From an uncultured Planctomycetota bacterium (GTDB lineage: Bacteria; Planctomycetota; Planctomycetia; Gemmatales; Gemmataceae), in contig CAWKHF010000007.1 of the NCBI GenBank assembly GCA_963849325.1, forward strand, positions 608,001 to 672,000: a stretch of DNA of 64,000 bases, written 5' to 3'. Numbering within the stretch: position 1 is the stretch's first letter; every line of letters starts with the position of its first letter. The notes under the pieces are model-generated. The model saw nothing but the letters and a program-made list of their open reading frames with translations, was not told where the DNA came from and searched no databases. This document shows positions 22,901 through 32,422 of this stretch, piece by piece. Position numbers and translations under genes: made by a program.

Positions 22901-23554
22901 CCGCCGCTGCTGGTCGTACTGCCACCACCGCCGCTGCTGCTGCTGGTCGTACTGCCGCCACCGCCGCCGCTGCTCGTATTGCCGACACCTCCGCCGCTGC
23001 TCGTACTGCTGCCGCCGCCGCCCATCTCCGCAGCCATTACCGCCGTCGAGGACCGAAACGCCGGAAGGACCGCTGGGGAAGCCGAACGAAAGATTCGGCC
23101 CGCGTTGCTGCCGAACTCGGCCTGCCAGACCGACACGGCCAACGGCACGCCGGCCGGAGTCAAGAGATGTCCGTCGCCGGGACTGCGGTCGGAGCCAAGG
23201 ACCGAAGGATGCTCTCCCTGCCGCCACTGGATCTGCACCGTCGTCATGGAGGAGGAAGGCATCGCTGGCTGGGCGGACTGGGCCGCACGCATTTCCGCAT
23301 GGATGGCCTCATTCGCCGGCGAGGGCATCGACGGCTGCGCGTAGTGGGCTGCGGGGGCAACCGGCGGCTGGGCCGACGGCGCTTCCACCAGCGTCAGCGA
23401 GGGCATCGTGCGATCCTCCAACACTTCCAAACTCAGCCGCTTCGTCGGCGCGGGGCGGCGACGCTTGGGCGGCGAAGTCCTCTTTTCGGCTTGCCCCTCC
23501 GGCAGCCGACGACGCGCATCCCCCTTTTGCCACAGAAAATTCGAAGAGCGACAT
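19999..23554 (-). CDS. Large surface protein: planctomycete extracellular motif, Gly/Ser, PTYPTNGG and PT repeats, four cadherin-like Ig domains, beta-rich C-terminus; frameshifted
   Basis: LEVLEDRTMPS; GVLANDxDxDG..GTLQLNxDGSFTYTP..DSFxY repeats; breaks near 23545, 21590, 20200. Confidence 0.8.
22411..22788 (-). repeat. Coding tandem repeats: 11 x 24 nt (PT[Y/N]PTNGG) and 19 x 6 nt (PT)
   Basis: Counted directly from sequence. Confidence 0.95.
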
Positions 23555-23711
23555 GGAAGTGACCTCGCTGTCCAAAAGCCGAAAGACACTGGCGACCAAA
23601 GGCTACGGGAAGATAGGCGTCTATTCTTCGCCCTCGTCGAGAAGAGTGCAAGCAAATTCTTGCGGTTTGTTAATTTTTGCGAAATGGTAAAATGATGGGG
23701 AGCGATTCAAC

Positions 23712-24443
23712 ATGGCCATGCGAATCCTTCCGGTGCTGGACGTGATGGGCGGCGAGGTAGTGCGCGGCGTGGGCGGACGCCGGCATACCTACCGTCCCAT
23801 CGTGAGCCGGCTCACCGCATCGAGCCGCCCGGTCGAGGTGGCTCGCTCCCTCCAGGCGCACTTCGGCCGAGACGAATTCTACCTCGCCGACCTCGACGCC
23901 CTCTCGGGCGGCGAACCCGCCTGGTCGATCTACGCGGCCTTGCGTGGACAGGGATTTCGCCTGTGGGTGGATGCCGGGGTGCGGCAGGTGACAGATGCCT
24001 GTCAACTCGCGGACTTCGGCATCGAGAACATCGTCGTCGGCCTGGAGACCGTGGCCGGGCCGAACGAATTGGCGGTCGTGGTGGGTTCGCTCGGCGAGCG
24101 GATCGTGTTCTCGCTCGATTTGCGGCAGGGGGAGCCGTTGGGAGACCGGGGTGCCTGGGCAGAGCGAGACGCCTGGGGGATCGCGGAGCAGGCGGTACGG
24201 CTGGGCGTCCGCCGTCTGCTGGTGCTCGACCTGGCACGAGTCGGCCTTGACGGCGGCATCGGCACCCGCGAGTTGTGCGAGCGTCTGTGTGCAACGTTTC
24301 CGAAGGTGGAGGTTGCCGCAGGAGGCGGCGTGCGCGGCCGAGAGGATTTGGAGGAGCTGCGCGCCTGCGGTGTGGCAACGGCGCTGGTGGCATCGGCGTT
24401 GCACGATGGCCGGCTGAGCCGGGCGGACCTCGACGGATTATGA
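23712..24443 (+). CDS. HisA/HisF-related TIM-barrel protein (Orf17-like, H4MPT/methylofuran cluster)
   Basis: ILPVLDVMGGEVVRGVGG, YLADLDAL, VDAG, LDLARVG, AGGGVRG, VASALH; C1 gene context. Confidence 0.8.
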   Translation: MAMRILPVLDVMGGEVVRGVGGRRHTYRPIVSRLTASSRPVEVARSLQAHFGRDEFYLADLDALSGGEPAWSIYAALRGQGFRLWVDAGVRQVTDACQLADFGIENIVVGLETVAGPNELAVVVGSLGERIVFSLDLRQGEPLGDRGAWAERDAWGIAEQAVRLGVRRLLVLDLARVGLDGGIGTRELCERLCATFPKVEVAAGGGVRGREDLEELRACGVATALVASALHDGRLSRADLDGL

Positions 24444-24929
24444 CGGCCGCCATTCACAGGTGGCCGACTGGCCGACGTTCTCCTCGACCTCGACGCGCAG
24501 CACGGCCGGCCGATAATTGTGCTGGCGCTGCAAATCCTCAATCAGCCGCTGGGCGATGTAGCGAGCCAGCAACTCCGCCGTGGTGTTCTCGATGGGCAGG
24601 AGCACGCAATCCTCGCGGGGGAATAGCCATTCGCGCTCGCGGTAGCGGACGTGGATGCCGCGCGGCCCCGGTTCGACCTGGATGTGGGGATTGTTCGTCG
24701 CCAGCATCATGCGGTGGTCCAGTTCGTCCGTGATGGCCTTGGTGCGGTGCTTCAGGGCGATGAAATCGAAGACGTAGTGGTTCTCATCCAGCTCGCCCTC
24801 GATCTCAACGGCGGCGCGGTAATTGTGCCCGTGCAGGCGCTCGCACTTATCGCCCTCGTAGCTGATGAAGTGCCCGCTGCAAAAGACGAGATGGTCCTTG
24901 GTGACACGGACCTTGAAGCGCTCAGCCAT
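24438..24929 (-). CDS. 6-pyruvoyl-tetrahydropterin synthase/QueD (COG0720) family protein
   Basis: CERLHGHNY, DF..LK, LDH, NTTAELLA. Confidence 0.9.
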   Translation of the reverse strand: MAERFKVRVTKDHLVFCSGHFISYEGDKCERLHGHNYRAAVEIEGELDENHYVFDFIALKHRTKAITDELDHRMMLATNNPHIQVEPGPRGIHVRYREREWLFPREDCVLLPIENTTAELLARYIAQRLIEDLQRQHNYRPAVLRVEVEENVGQSATCEWRPS

Positions 24930-25213
24930 GCGGCAATTCCGAGGCGACCGAAGGCGTTCGAGGGTGGTCTCTTTCGCTCACGCACGACCCCGCGGCGCGA
25001 TTGTTTGCCGGGGCCACATTCATTCTATGCACGGCCCGATGGCCTCTCAACGTCCGCCACGGAATCGCCACGCTTCGGGCCGCGTTTTCACCGGAGGGAA
25101 CCGAGGGAAGCATGGACTGGAGCGCGGGTACTCTCCTATATTGTCGATGTCCAGAGGGAGTTTGCCGTCGGTTCCTTTATCTTCGATCATTCCGATCGCG
25201 GACCTGGTGAAAC

Positions 25214-25891
25214 ATGCTCGACAGACGGGACATCTTTCACTGGGATACCGTGAACTGGTCCATTTGTCTTCCCCTGTGGGAGCCGGAGGTTTCGGCCGGA
25301 CCCTGCGATTGCCTGGAGATCGGTTCCGGCCCTGGCGGGCTGTCTCTCTGGCTCGCAGCCAAGGGCCACAACGTCATTTGCTCGGATCGCAGCCCGCCCG
25401 GCCCCGCAGTGCGCGAGCTGCACCATCGTCACGGTGTCGCGCAACGGATTCAGTACGAAACGATCGACGCGAACGAGATTCCCTACTCGGATCGATTCGA
25501 CGTCATCATCTTCAAGTCCGTGCTGGGCAGTATCTGGGCCAATGGCGGGCCGGAGGGACTGCGGCGACCCCTTCGCCAGATACACAAGGCGTTGAAAGCG
25601 AAGGGGAGGCTTCTCTTCGCCGAGAACTTACGAGCGACGGCCCTGCACATGTACTGTCGCAAGCGGTTCCTGAATCGGACGGAGGCGTCCTGGCGCTACC
25701 CACGCATCCACGACGTCCTTTCCGCGCTCGGCGAGGACTGGGCCAACGTCCGCTATCGGACCACGGGATTCCTCGGCACCTTCGGACGCAGTGAGCGTCA
25801 GCGCTCGGCGCTGGGCTACATCGATAAGGTGATAACGCCCTGCCTACCCCGGAGTTGGCACTACGTCATGGCCGGTGTGGCCATCAAGTAG
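25214..25891 (+). CDS. Class I SAM-dependent methyltransferase
   Basis: LEIGSGPGG motif I; FDVIIFKSVL; LKAKGRL. Confidence 0.8.
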   Translation: MLDRRDIFHWDTVNWSICLPLWEPEVSAGPCDCLEIGSGPGGLSLWLAAKGHNVICSDRSPPGPAVRELHHRHGVAQRIQYETIDANEIPYSDRFDVIIFKSVLGSIWANGGPEGLRRPLRQIHKALKAKGRLLFAENLRATALHMYCRKRFLNRTEASWRYPRIHDVLSALGEDWANVRYRTTGFLGTFGRSERQRSALGYIDKVITPCLPRSWHYVMAGVAIK

Positions 25892-26763
25892 GGTTCGCGT
25901 CGTCGAAGGCTGCGGGCCAGGGATGACAGGCCGGCAACGGGACCATGCCGGATCGCAGCGCGACGAACAGGGACGCGGTAAGGAGGTCCGCGGTGGCGCC
26001 GGGATTACGCGGGTGCCCCTCCGTTCGCAGCCAGGCGTCGAACTCGGTCAGCGCCGTCCAGCCGGTGCGTTGTCGCGGCCAACCTCCAGCGAGTACGTCG
26101 CCGGCCCGCCGGGCAGCTTCCTCCGCCTCGTCCCGGCCGCGCTTGCGGGCGATGAGCGTGTCGGGATGCCGCGCCAGTCAGCGCAGATGCGCGAAAAGGA
26201 TCGCCCCCTCCAGCGAGCCGGTCGATTGCAGTCCCGCCGACAGGGATGGCACGCCATCGTCGAACACCTCGGCGAAGCCGTTGGCGTACTGGCGGGCGAC
26301 GAGATCGCGGTCGGCCGCCAGAGCCATGACCTGTCGCAGCGTCTGCGTTGGCTCGGTGTACACGTCTTGCTCGGAGGCGCGGCCCAGGCCGCCGGGCGCG
26401 GCCAGGCGGATCGCTTCGTAAACCAGCCGCGAGTCCTCAACGTCCAGACCGGCGAGGACGCGCTCGACGCCGCCGCGCAGCTCTTCCTCGGCCGGCACAG
26501 CCGCCAGTGGCGTCAGCAACAGCACGATGCCGAGGTTGGTGTTCGTGCGGACGACGCGGCGGGTGGCACGCACCGCCTCCAGAACGGTGATGCCGACGCG
26601 ACGCTGACAAGCCATTGTCATCCACGGCGCGATGGCGGCGGCGCTGAGCAAGAAGTCGGTATAGTCGGCGTCGGCGAAGTCGCGGTAGCGATGGACGTTG
26701 CCCGGCTTGCGGGCCGTCGCTTCCCAGATGCAGGCGATTTGCGCACAATCCGGCGTCGAGCAT
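25884..26763 (-). CDS. Triphosphoribosyl-dephospho-CoA synthase (CitG/Orf7-like); frameshifts ~26740 and ~26180
   Basis: EATARKPGNVH, NTNLGIVLL, PDTLIARK, NPGATAD motifs across frames. Confidence 0.82.
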
Positions 26764-26768
26764 CGGCG

Positions 26769-27632
26769 TCACCTCGCGCGGTAGTCGTGGACCACAAAGT
26801 CGAGCAGGGCGGCGGCCACGTCCACGCCCGTCACCGGAGCCAGGGCGCGCCAGCCGGGCACGGCGTTGACCTCGAGGACGTACCACTCGCCTTGCGGCCC
26901 CGGCAGCAGATCGACGCCGGCCACGACAGCGCCTACCGCGGCGGCGGCCTGCAGCGCCAGGCGCTCCTCCTCCGCGCCGGGCCGCACCACCTCCCCACTG
27001 CCGCCCTGGGCCACGTTGGTGCGCCAGTCGCCGTTACTGTACCGCCGCATCGCGGTCAGCACTCGGCCGCCCAGGACGAACACGCGCAGGTCCCAGCCGG
27101 GATGACGGATGAACTGTTGCAGGTATAGAACGCTTTGCGTTCGCTCCAGGGTGCGGAAGGTGCGCCAGGCCAGTTCGGGGTCGCGAGACGCGCATCATGC
27201 CGCGGCCCTCGGAGCCGAACAGCGGCTTGACGACCACGTCGCCGCCCAGCGCCTGGAACGCCTCCAGGGCGGCGTCGGCGTGCTGGCACACCACCGTCGG
27301 CGGCACGCGCAGTCCCGCCGCTTCGAGGTAGGCCGTGGCCAGGTACTTATCGACGCAAGTTTCGAGGACGCGCGGCGGATTGAGCACCGCCACCCCGCGC
27401 GCCTGCGCCGGTGCAGCAGGTCCATGCGGAAGACGACTTGCTCCAGCGAGCCGGGCGGCATGGTGCGGACGAGGACGGCGTCGAAGCCGGCCAGCGCGTC
27501 GGGAGCGTGGGCCACGCCGGCGGACAGGCGGCGGAAATCGACGGTGCTGGCCTCATGACCGCGCTGCCCCGCGGCGCGGCGAAGGTCGCGGACGTGCCAG
27601 CCATCGCCGGCCGAAAGGAGAGCTAGGCGCAT
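26769..27632 (-). CDS. RimK-family ATP-grasp glutamate ligase (Orf5-like); frameshifted
   Basis: GSLEQVVFRMD, DKY, KPLFGSEGRG, WRTNVAQG, LEVNAVPGW. Confidence 0.85.
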
Positions 27633-27751
27633 GCAGAACTTCGATCACGTCATGGTAGCGCGGAAGTCATCCTCTAACTCCGCTAGCCGTTTCCACTCCG
27701 CAATAATAGCCAGAAGGTCGTCGCCACGCATTAGACGAAGTTCGCAAACCT

Positions 27752-27811
27752 GAGCGGGGGGCGTTAGCCCCCTGAGCGCTGCATCTCTCAGGGGGCTGAC
27801 GCCCCCCACTC
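27752..27811. repeat. REP-like palindrome, family A
   Basis: GGGGGGCGTTAGCCCCCTGAG...CTCAGGGGGCTGACGCCCCCC. Confidence 0.8.
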
Positions 27812-27898
27812 TGAGGTATTGAAATCACGTCGAAACGGAATCCACACCAAAAGCTCGCGCCGTCTGCCTAGCTGGTCGAACATGCCCATGACACGCCC

Positions 27899-28861
27899 TC
27901 ACGAGCCGGAGAAGAACGAGCGGCGCAGCACGTCCGGGTCAGTGTGGCCGAAGGTGTGGCTGCGGCCGCTGCGTAGGTTCTGGAAGGTGATCGACGCCGG
28001 ACTGAATAAGAAGGGATCGATTTTATAGAAATCCTGTTCGTAGCGGGCGAAAATATCGGCGAACGGCGCGCCGTAATCGGGCGAGGCGGACGACGGCACT
28101 TTCGGTCCGATCTCGGCGAGCTGTTCGTCGTCGGCTTTGACCCACAGCACCACTTGGCCGCCGTAGAGGATGGCGTCGTTGGTGCGGCCGATGGCGCCGA
28201 GGAAGTCGGAGGCGACCGGCGGCAGCGGCGCGGTGCCGTAACCGGAGACGACCTGGCCGAGATCGAATTTCAGTTCGTACAGCTTGTGCAGGGCGGTCTC
28301 CAGCGACCGCGCCACCACCTGCACGTTGCCGGCCTGGCTCGACGCGGGTGCGGCCAGCAGCGTCAACTTCGCCGGCGGCAGATTCAGGCGCTCGGCGAGA
28401 TAGGCCGTCACCTCGTCGCCGGGCAGCTTATGCGTCTCCAGCACGCCGACGGCGGCGCCGGCCTGCTCGCGGCCGGGGATGTGCTCGAAAAGCTCTTCCT
28501 TGCCGTACACGGCCCGCATGGGACCGGAACCCATGGCGAAGAACTTGCCGACCGACACCTGCCAGCCGGCGTACTGCGATGCCATGCACGCCAGCACCGG
28601 ATGGTCGGTGTACACCTGCACGAGCGGGCAGGGCAGGTCGGCGAAAGGTCCGGGCGTCAGGGCGACCTCGGCCTGTCCGGCCAGGCAGACGCGAGCCAGG
28701 GCCAGTCCGGCCTGCAAGCCGCCCTCCACGGCGACTCCGCAGTCGAGGAGGCGAGCGCCGTTGGGCGTCTGATGGACGGCGATGCGCAGCGCCGCGGCGG
28801 TGGCGGCCATGTGATCGGCCAGACGCAAGGCTCGTTCGTTGAGGGTCGATGGGAGGGTCAC
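27899..28861 (-). CDS. mch: Methenyltetrahydromethanopterin cyclohydrolase
   Basis: ACMASQYAGW, MGSGPMRA, VQVVARSLETALHK, GRTNDAILYGG, DFYKIDPFLFSPA. Confidence 0.95.
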   Translation of the reverse strand: MTLPSTLNERALRLADHMAATAAALRIAVHQTPNGARLLDCGVAVEGGLQAGLALARVCLAGQAEVALTPGPFADLPCPLVQVYTDHPVLACMASQYAGWQVSVGKFFAMGSGPMRAVYGKEELFEHIPGREQAGAAVGVLETHKLPGDEVTAYLAERLNLPPAKLTLLAAPASSQAGNVQVVARSLETALHKLYELKFDLGQVVSGYGTAPLPPVASDFLGAIGRTNDAILYGGQVVLWVKADDEQLAEIGPKVPSSASPDYGAPFADIFARYEQDFYKIDPFLFSPASITFQNLRSGRSHTFGHTDPDVLRRSFFSGS

Positions 28862-28906
28862 GACAAGTTCTCCGGGGAAGGTGGAAGCAGCGCGTTGGAG
28901 ATGGTT

Positions 28907-30055
28907 CTATCGCCGGAAAAGCCAGCGGTCGAGGTCGGCGGCGATCCGCCGCAGTGCGTCCTCGCAGGCCGACGGAGACCCGGCGCGAGCGAAGAAGGTC
29001 AGGATGGGGTGCCCCGCCTCGATGCGCTCGCCGGCGGCGGGGATGTCCGCGAAGGCGGGCAGCTCCTGCACCGGCCTGGGAGAGTGCAGCTCCGTCAGCC
29101 ACGGGCCGTCTGCCGGGAACAGCAGATCCTCCCGAGCGAAGAGGATCGCCTTGCCGATGCAGCGATCAGCCGGCACGACGGGCGCGGACAGGTGAGGGAG
29201 TCGGCCGTGTGTAAAGACGTGGGCATGGCAGGCCAGGGCCGACACGCCGCCGGCATACTCCAGCACCTCGACGGAAGCGGTGTAACGCGGGTTGATCTCC
29301 ACCGGCCAGAAGACACCGTCCCGCATGACGCCATCGACGCCGAACAGGCCATCGAGCAAGCATTCGGAAGCGAGCAAGTGCCCCAGTGCGTCCAGGGCGG
29401 GACGCTCGATCAAGCCGGGGTCCACCGGGCCGATGCTGCCACAGTAGCGGAACGGCGCGGCGTGCAAGAAGGGAACGCCGACGAGCTGCCGGGTCAGACC
29501 GAGCAGACGCGCTTGCTTCCCAGCGCCCAGGAACACCAGGGCCATCGGTTGTCCGTCGATGAATTCCTGGAGATAAGTGGCGCGCTTGTCCGCTCCTGCA
29601 TCTGCTGCCATCCCGAACCGAATCCCCCCTCCGCCGGCGCCGCGGCGTGGCTTGATGAGCCAGCGTTTCGTCTCCGACGGTCGCGTTCCCGGATGACACA
29701 CGGCCGGCGCGGGCATTCCGGCGGCTTGCAAGCATCTGCTGACATGCTCTGGATTGCGGGACAGGGATAGAGCTTTCGCGCCGTTGCCCCACAGAGACCG
29801 CCGACGAGCGAATTGTTCTACGAGTTGCGGCCAGTTTTCCAGACCGCCGGTATACATCCACGGTCCCGGAAGTTCGCTGTCGATGAACGGCCCGAAACCG
29901 CCGGGATAGCGCCCCGTCAAGCGCGTGACGACGCAGCGGTGTCGCAAGTCCACATCGGCGAACAGATCAGCGCACCACGGATGCAACCCGGCCCGTAGGG
30001 CCGAGAACGCCGCCGCACGGGCGCTGGCTCCGAAGATCAGCAGTTGTTCGGTCAT
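28907..30055 (-). CDS. ATP-grasp domain protein (OrfY-like)
   Basis: GASARAAAFSA, ADLFADVD, KPRRGAGGGG, LFGVD, EINPRYTAS; directly upstream of mch. Confidence 0.85.
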   Translation of the reverse strand: MTEQLLIFGASARAAAFSALRAGLHPWCADLFADVDLRHRCVVTRLTGRYPGGFGPFIDSELPGPWMYTGGLENWPQLVEQFARRRSLWGNGAKALSLSRNPEHVSRCLQAAGMPAPAVCHPGTRPSETKRWLIKPRRGAGGGGIRFGMAADAGADKRATYLQEFIDGQPMALVFLGAGKQARLLGLTRQLVGVPFLHAAPFRYCGSIGPVDPGLIERPALDALGHLLASECLLDGLFGVDGVMRDGVFWPVEINPRYTASVEVLEYAGGVSALACHAHVFTHGRLPHLSAPVVPADRCIGKAILFAREDLLFPADGPWLTELHSPRPVQELPAFADIPAAGERIEAGHPILTFFARAGSPSACEDALRRIAADLDRWLFRR

Positions 30056-30221
30056 GAATCGTCCAGGCGTTGGCTTGTCGGTTTTCTCTCCGGTCGGATT
30101 GACGTTGCGGACTCTGGGGAACCGATGACACGAAGAGGAGGAATGCCCTTGTCGGCTATCTGGACTTGGGTATACTATTCTCTCGTTCAGTATCCGGGTC
30201 ATTCTATTTCGAGAGGTCTAT

Positions 30222-31124
30222 ATGGCGCGTGCGCTGAAGGGCCGAACGAGCAAGAAACCCCCTCCTCCTATTTCCACCTTACGGCGGAAGAAGCTCCTTC
30301 TCTTCGGGTGGTACGGAGGCAAGTTTTCTCATCTGGACTGGCTGCTGCCGCTTCTGCCCCAATGCCATCATTACTGTGAACCATTCGCTGGCTCCGCCGC
30401 CATCCTGCTCAACCGTGCGCCGTCTCCTGTCGAGACGTACAACGATCTGGATGGCGAAGTCGTCAATTTCTTCCGCATCTGCCGCGATCAAGGCGAGGAG
30501 CTTACGAGAGCGATTGCCCTAACGCCGTTTTCCCGCGAGGAATTCGCCCTCGCCTGTCTTCTCGACCCTGCGGTTTCTTCACTGGAACGCGCGCGGCGGT
30601 TCTATGTCCGCGCCCGACAAGTGCGGACAGGTCTGGCGCAAACTGCGACGCTCGGACGTTGGGGGAACTGCAAAAATACCAGCCGAGCCGGTATGAGCGG
30701 CATCATTAGCCGATTTCTAGGCGGTGTCGAGATGCTGCCGGAAATCGCCGAGCGGTTGCTGCGTGTTCAGATTGAGAACCGGCCCGCCTGCGATGTGATC
30801 CGCTTATACGATTCTCCCCAGACGCTGTTTTATTGCGATCCTCCTTACGTCCATGAAACGCGCGGAGACGCCAAAGCCTACAAATACGAAATGAGCGACC
30901 AGCAGCACGCCGAACTGGCCGCCATACTCAACGCGGTCAAGGGGAAGGCAGCTGTCTCGAATTACGACTGCGCACTGATGGATGACCTGTATCCTGCCTC
31001 AAAATGGAGGAAATTCATCAGCGGTCCACGCACGAACCACGCGACCAAAGGGCAGCGCGTCGAAGTTTTGTGGACGAACTACGACCTTGCGGAGCGAGAC
31101 AAGAGCGGGTTGCTATTCCCATGA
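30222..31124 (+). CDS. DNA adenine methyltransferase (Dam/D12 class)
   Basis: WYGGK, EPFAGS, YNDLD, FYCDPPY motifs. Confidence 0.92.
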   Translation: MARALKGRTSKKPPPPISTLRRKKLLLFGWYGGKFSHLDWLLPLLPQCHHYCEPFAGSAAILLNRAPSPVETYNDLDGEVVNFFRICRDQGEELTRAIALTPFSREEFALACLLDPAVSSLERARRFYVRARQVRTGLAQTATLGRWGNCKNTSRAGMSGIISRFLGGVEMLPEIAERLLRVQIENRPACDVIRLYDSPQTLFYCDPPYVHETRGDAKAYKYEMSDQQHAELAAILNAVKGKAAVSNYDCALMDDLYPASKWRKFISGPRTNHATKGQRVEVLWTNYDLAERDKSGLLFP

Positions 31125-32169
31125 ATTCCACAACGTGGCGGCTTGCTTGCCCGTCGCAGGCCGCTTCATCTGATCTCGCAAAATCATTAGGGTCGTTGCT
31201 CCAAACTCAGACCGACGGAGCGGGTTCAACAACATCGCCCATGAGGGAGCGACGGTGTGGATGTCGATCAGCAGCACGTCCATTTCCTCCCCGGCCGTCT
31301 CGACAGCCCCAATAATTTCCCTTGTCCGTCCCGCCGCCAACCCCGCGGCATGGACGAAGCCATATTCCGGGATGCCGTGTTCCTTCGCTTTCTTGATGCC
31401 GTGACGGATGTCGTCCAGCGTTAGCGGGCGGTGCTTACACTCGTAGACACTCACCAAGGCTTCTCCTGAACGCACCTCGATATCGCCTACCGTCTTGGCG
31501 AATTTGTCCGAATACGTTGGCGGGTAAATTTTGACGGAACCCTTCGGGTTAAGCAGTGTGAGGAAGGTGCCGACGACCGACACAAGGCGAGAACCCCCAT
31601 TCGTATCTTCCAGAAAAGTCCGCACGAAGTTTACCACATGGAGATAATTACTCTGTATATGGGCGGATGCGGCGACTGGGTCCGTCATCTGATCGCGTGC
31701 GATCCGCAAGGCCGACACGAGCATTGCCTCGACTTGGGAAGAACGAGCCGCATGAGCCGCTTCCAAAAGGTCATGAGTCAAGCCGGCCAAGCGTTTGTTC
31801 TTCAGTTGGGGATTGTCCTTGTCGTGCTCGGGGTGTCGAGCGGGTTTGTTCAGGAACGGCTCGTTCGACAGCCCGAACAGGTTGCCCTTGGTTTTCTCGA
31901 AGGAAACAACGACACGGTGACACAGGCTACGCGCATCGTAGGCGCCCGGCAAGGCACTCCGTGCTTGCAAGGCACGAGGATGAGTCTGAGGGTTCGTGAG
32001 CTTGCCGAGCAAGCCAGTTATCAAGATATATTTATAAGTAACATCCTTGGCGGTCAGGATTTCTTGAATGGCGGTCAACTCCATCGCCGGCGCTGATGGC
32101 GGCGTCGATCTGATCCCAGGCCGTTCCGAGGAGTTTCCGTGCTTGTTCCAGATCCATTGCAAGGGCCAT
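31113..32169 (-). CDS. Type II restriction endonuclease, SacI family; probable frameshift ~32085
   Basis: TYKYILITGLLGK, AYDARSLCHRVVV, SNEPFLNKPAR, GDIEV..YECK (PD-D/ExK); N-terminus MALAMDLEQARKLL..AW lies in another frame. Confidence 0.75.
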
Positions 32170-32422
32170 CTTGGAACCTTTACAACTTGTCCTTCCAGTC
32201 CAGCCGGTTCGCGCCGCACGCCTGAATAATCATCTCGATACTCTGATCGAGAGACGATAACACCCTGTTGGGGATGAATCAAGTTACCCGATCGGCTTTC
32301 ACCGGACGCAAAACAGCAAACGGCTGCCCGATGAGTCCTTCATGGCCCGCGTCGCTCGACTTAACTCCACAGGATGATTAGACTGACCCGCGGACGCTTC
32401 CACGAACCACAGGGCGAGCACC

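Noticed and set aside
27640-27890. Short minus-strand ORF remnants (MGMFDQ..., MRGDDLLAII...) around a REP between mch and orf5
   Set aside because: Too short to assign and possibly debris of a disrupted small gene.
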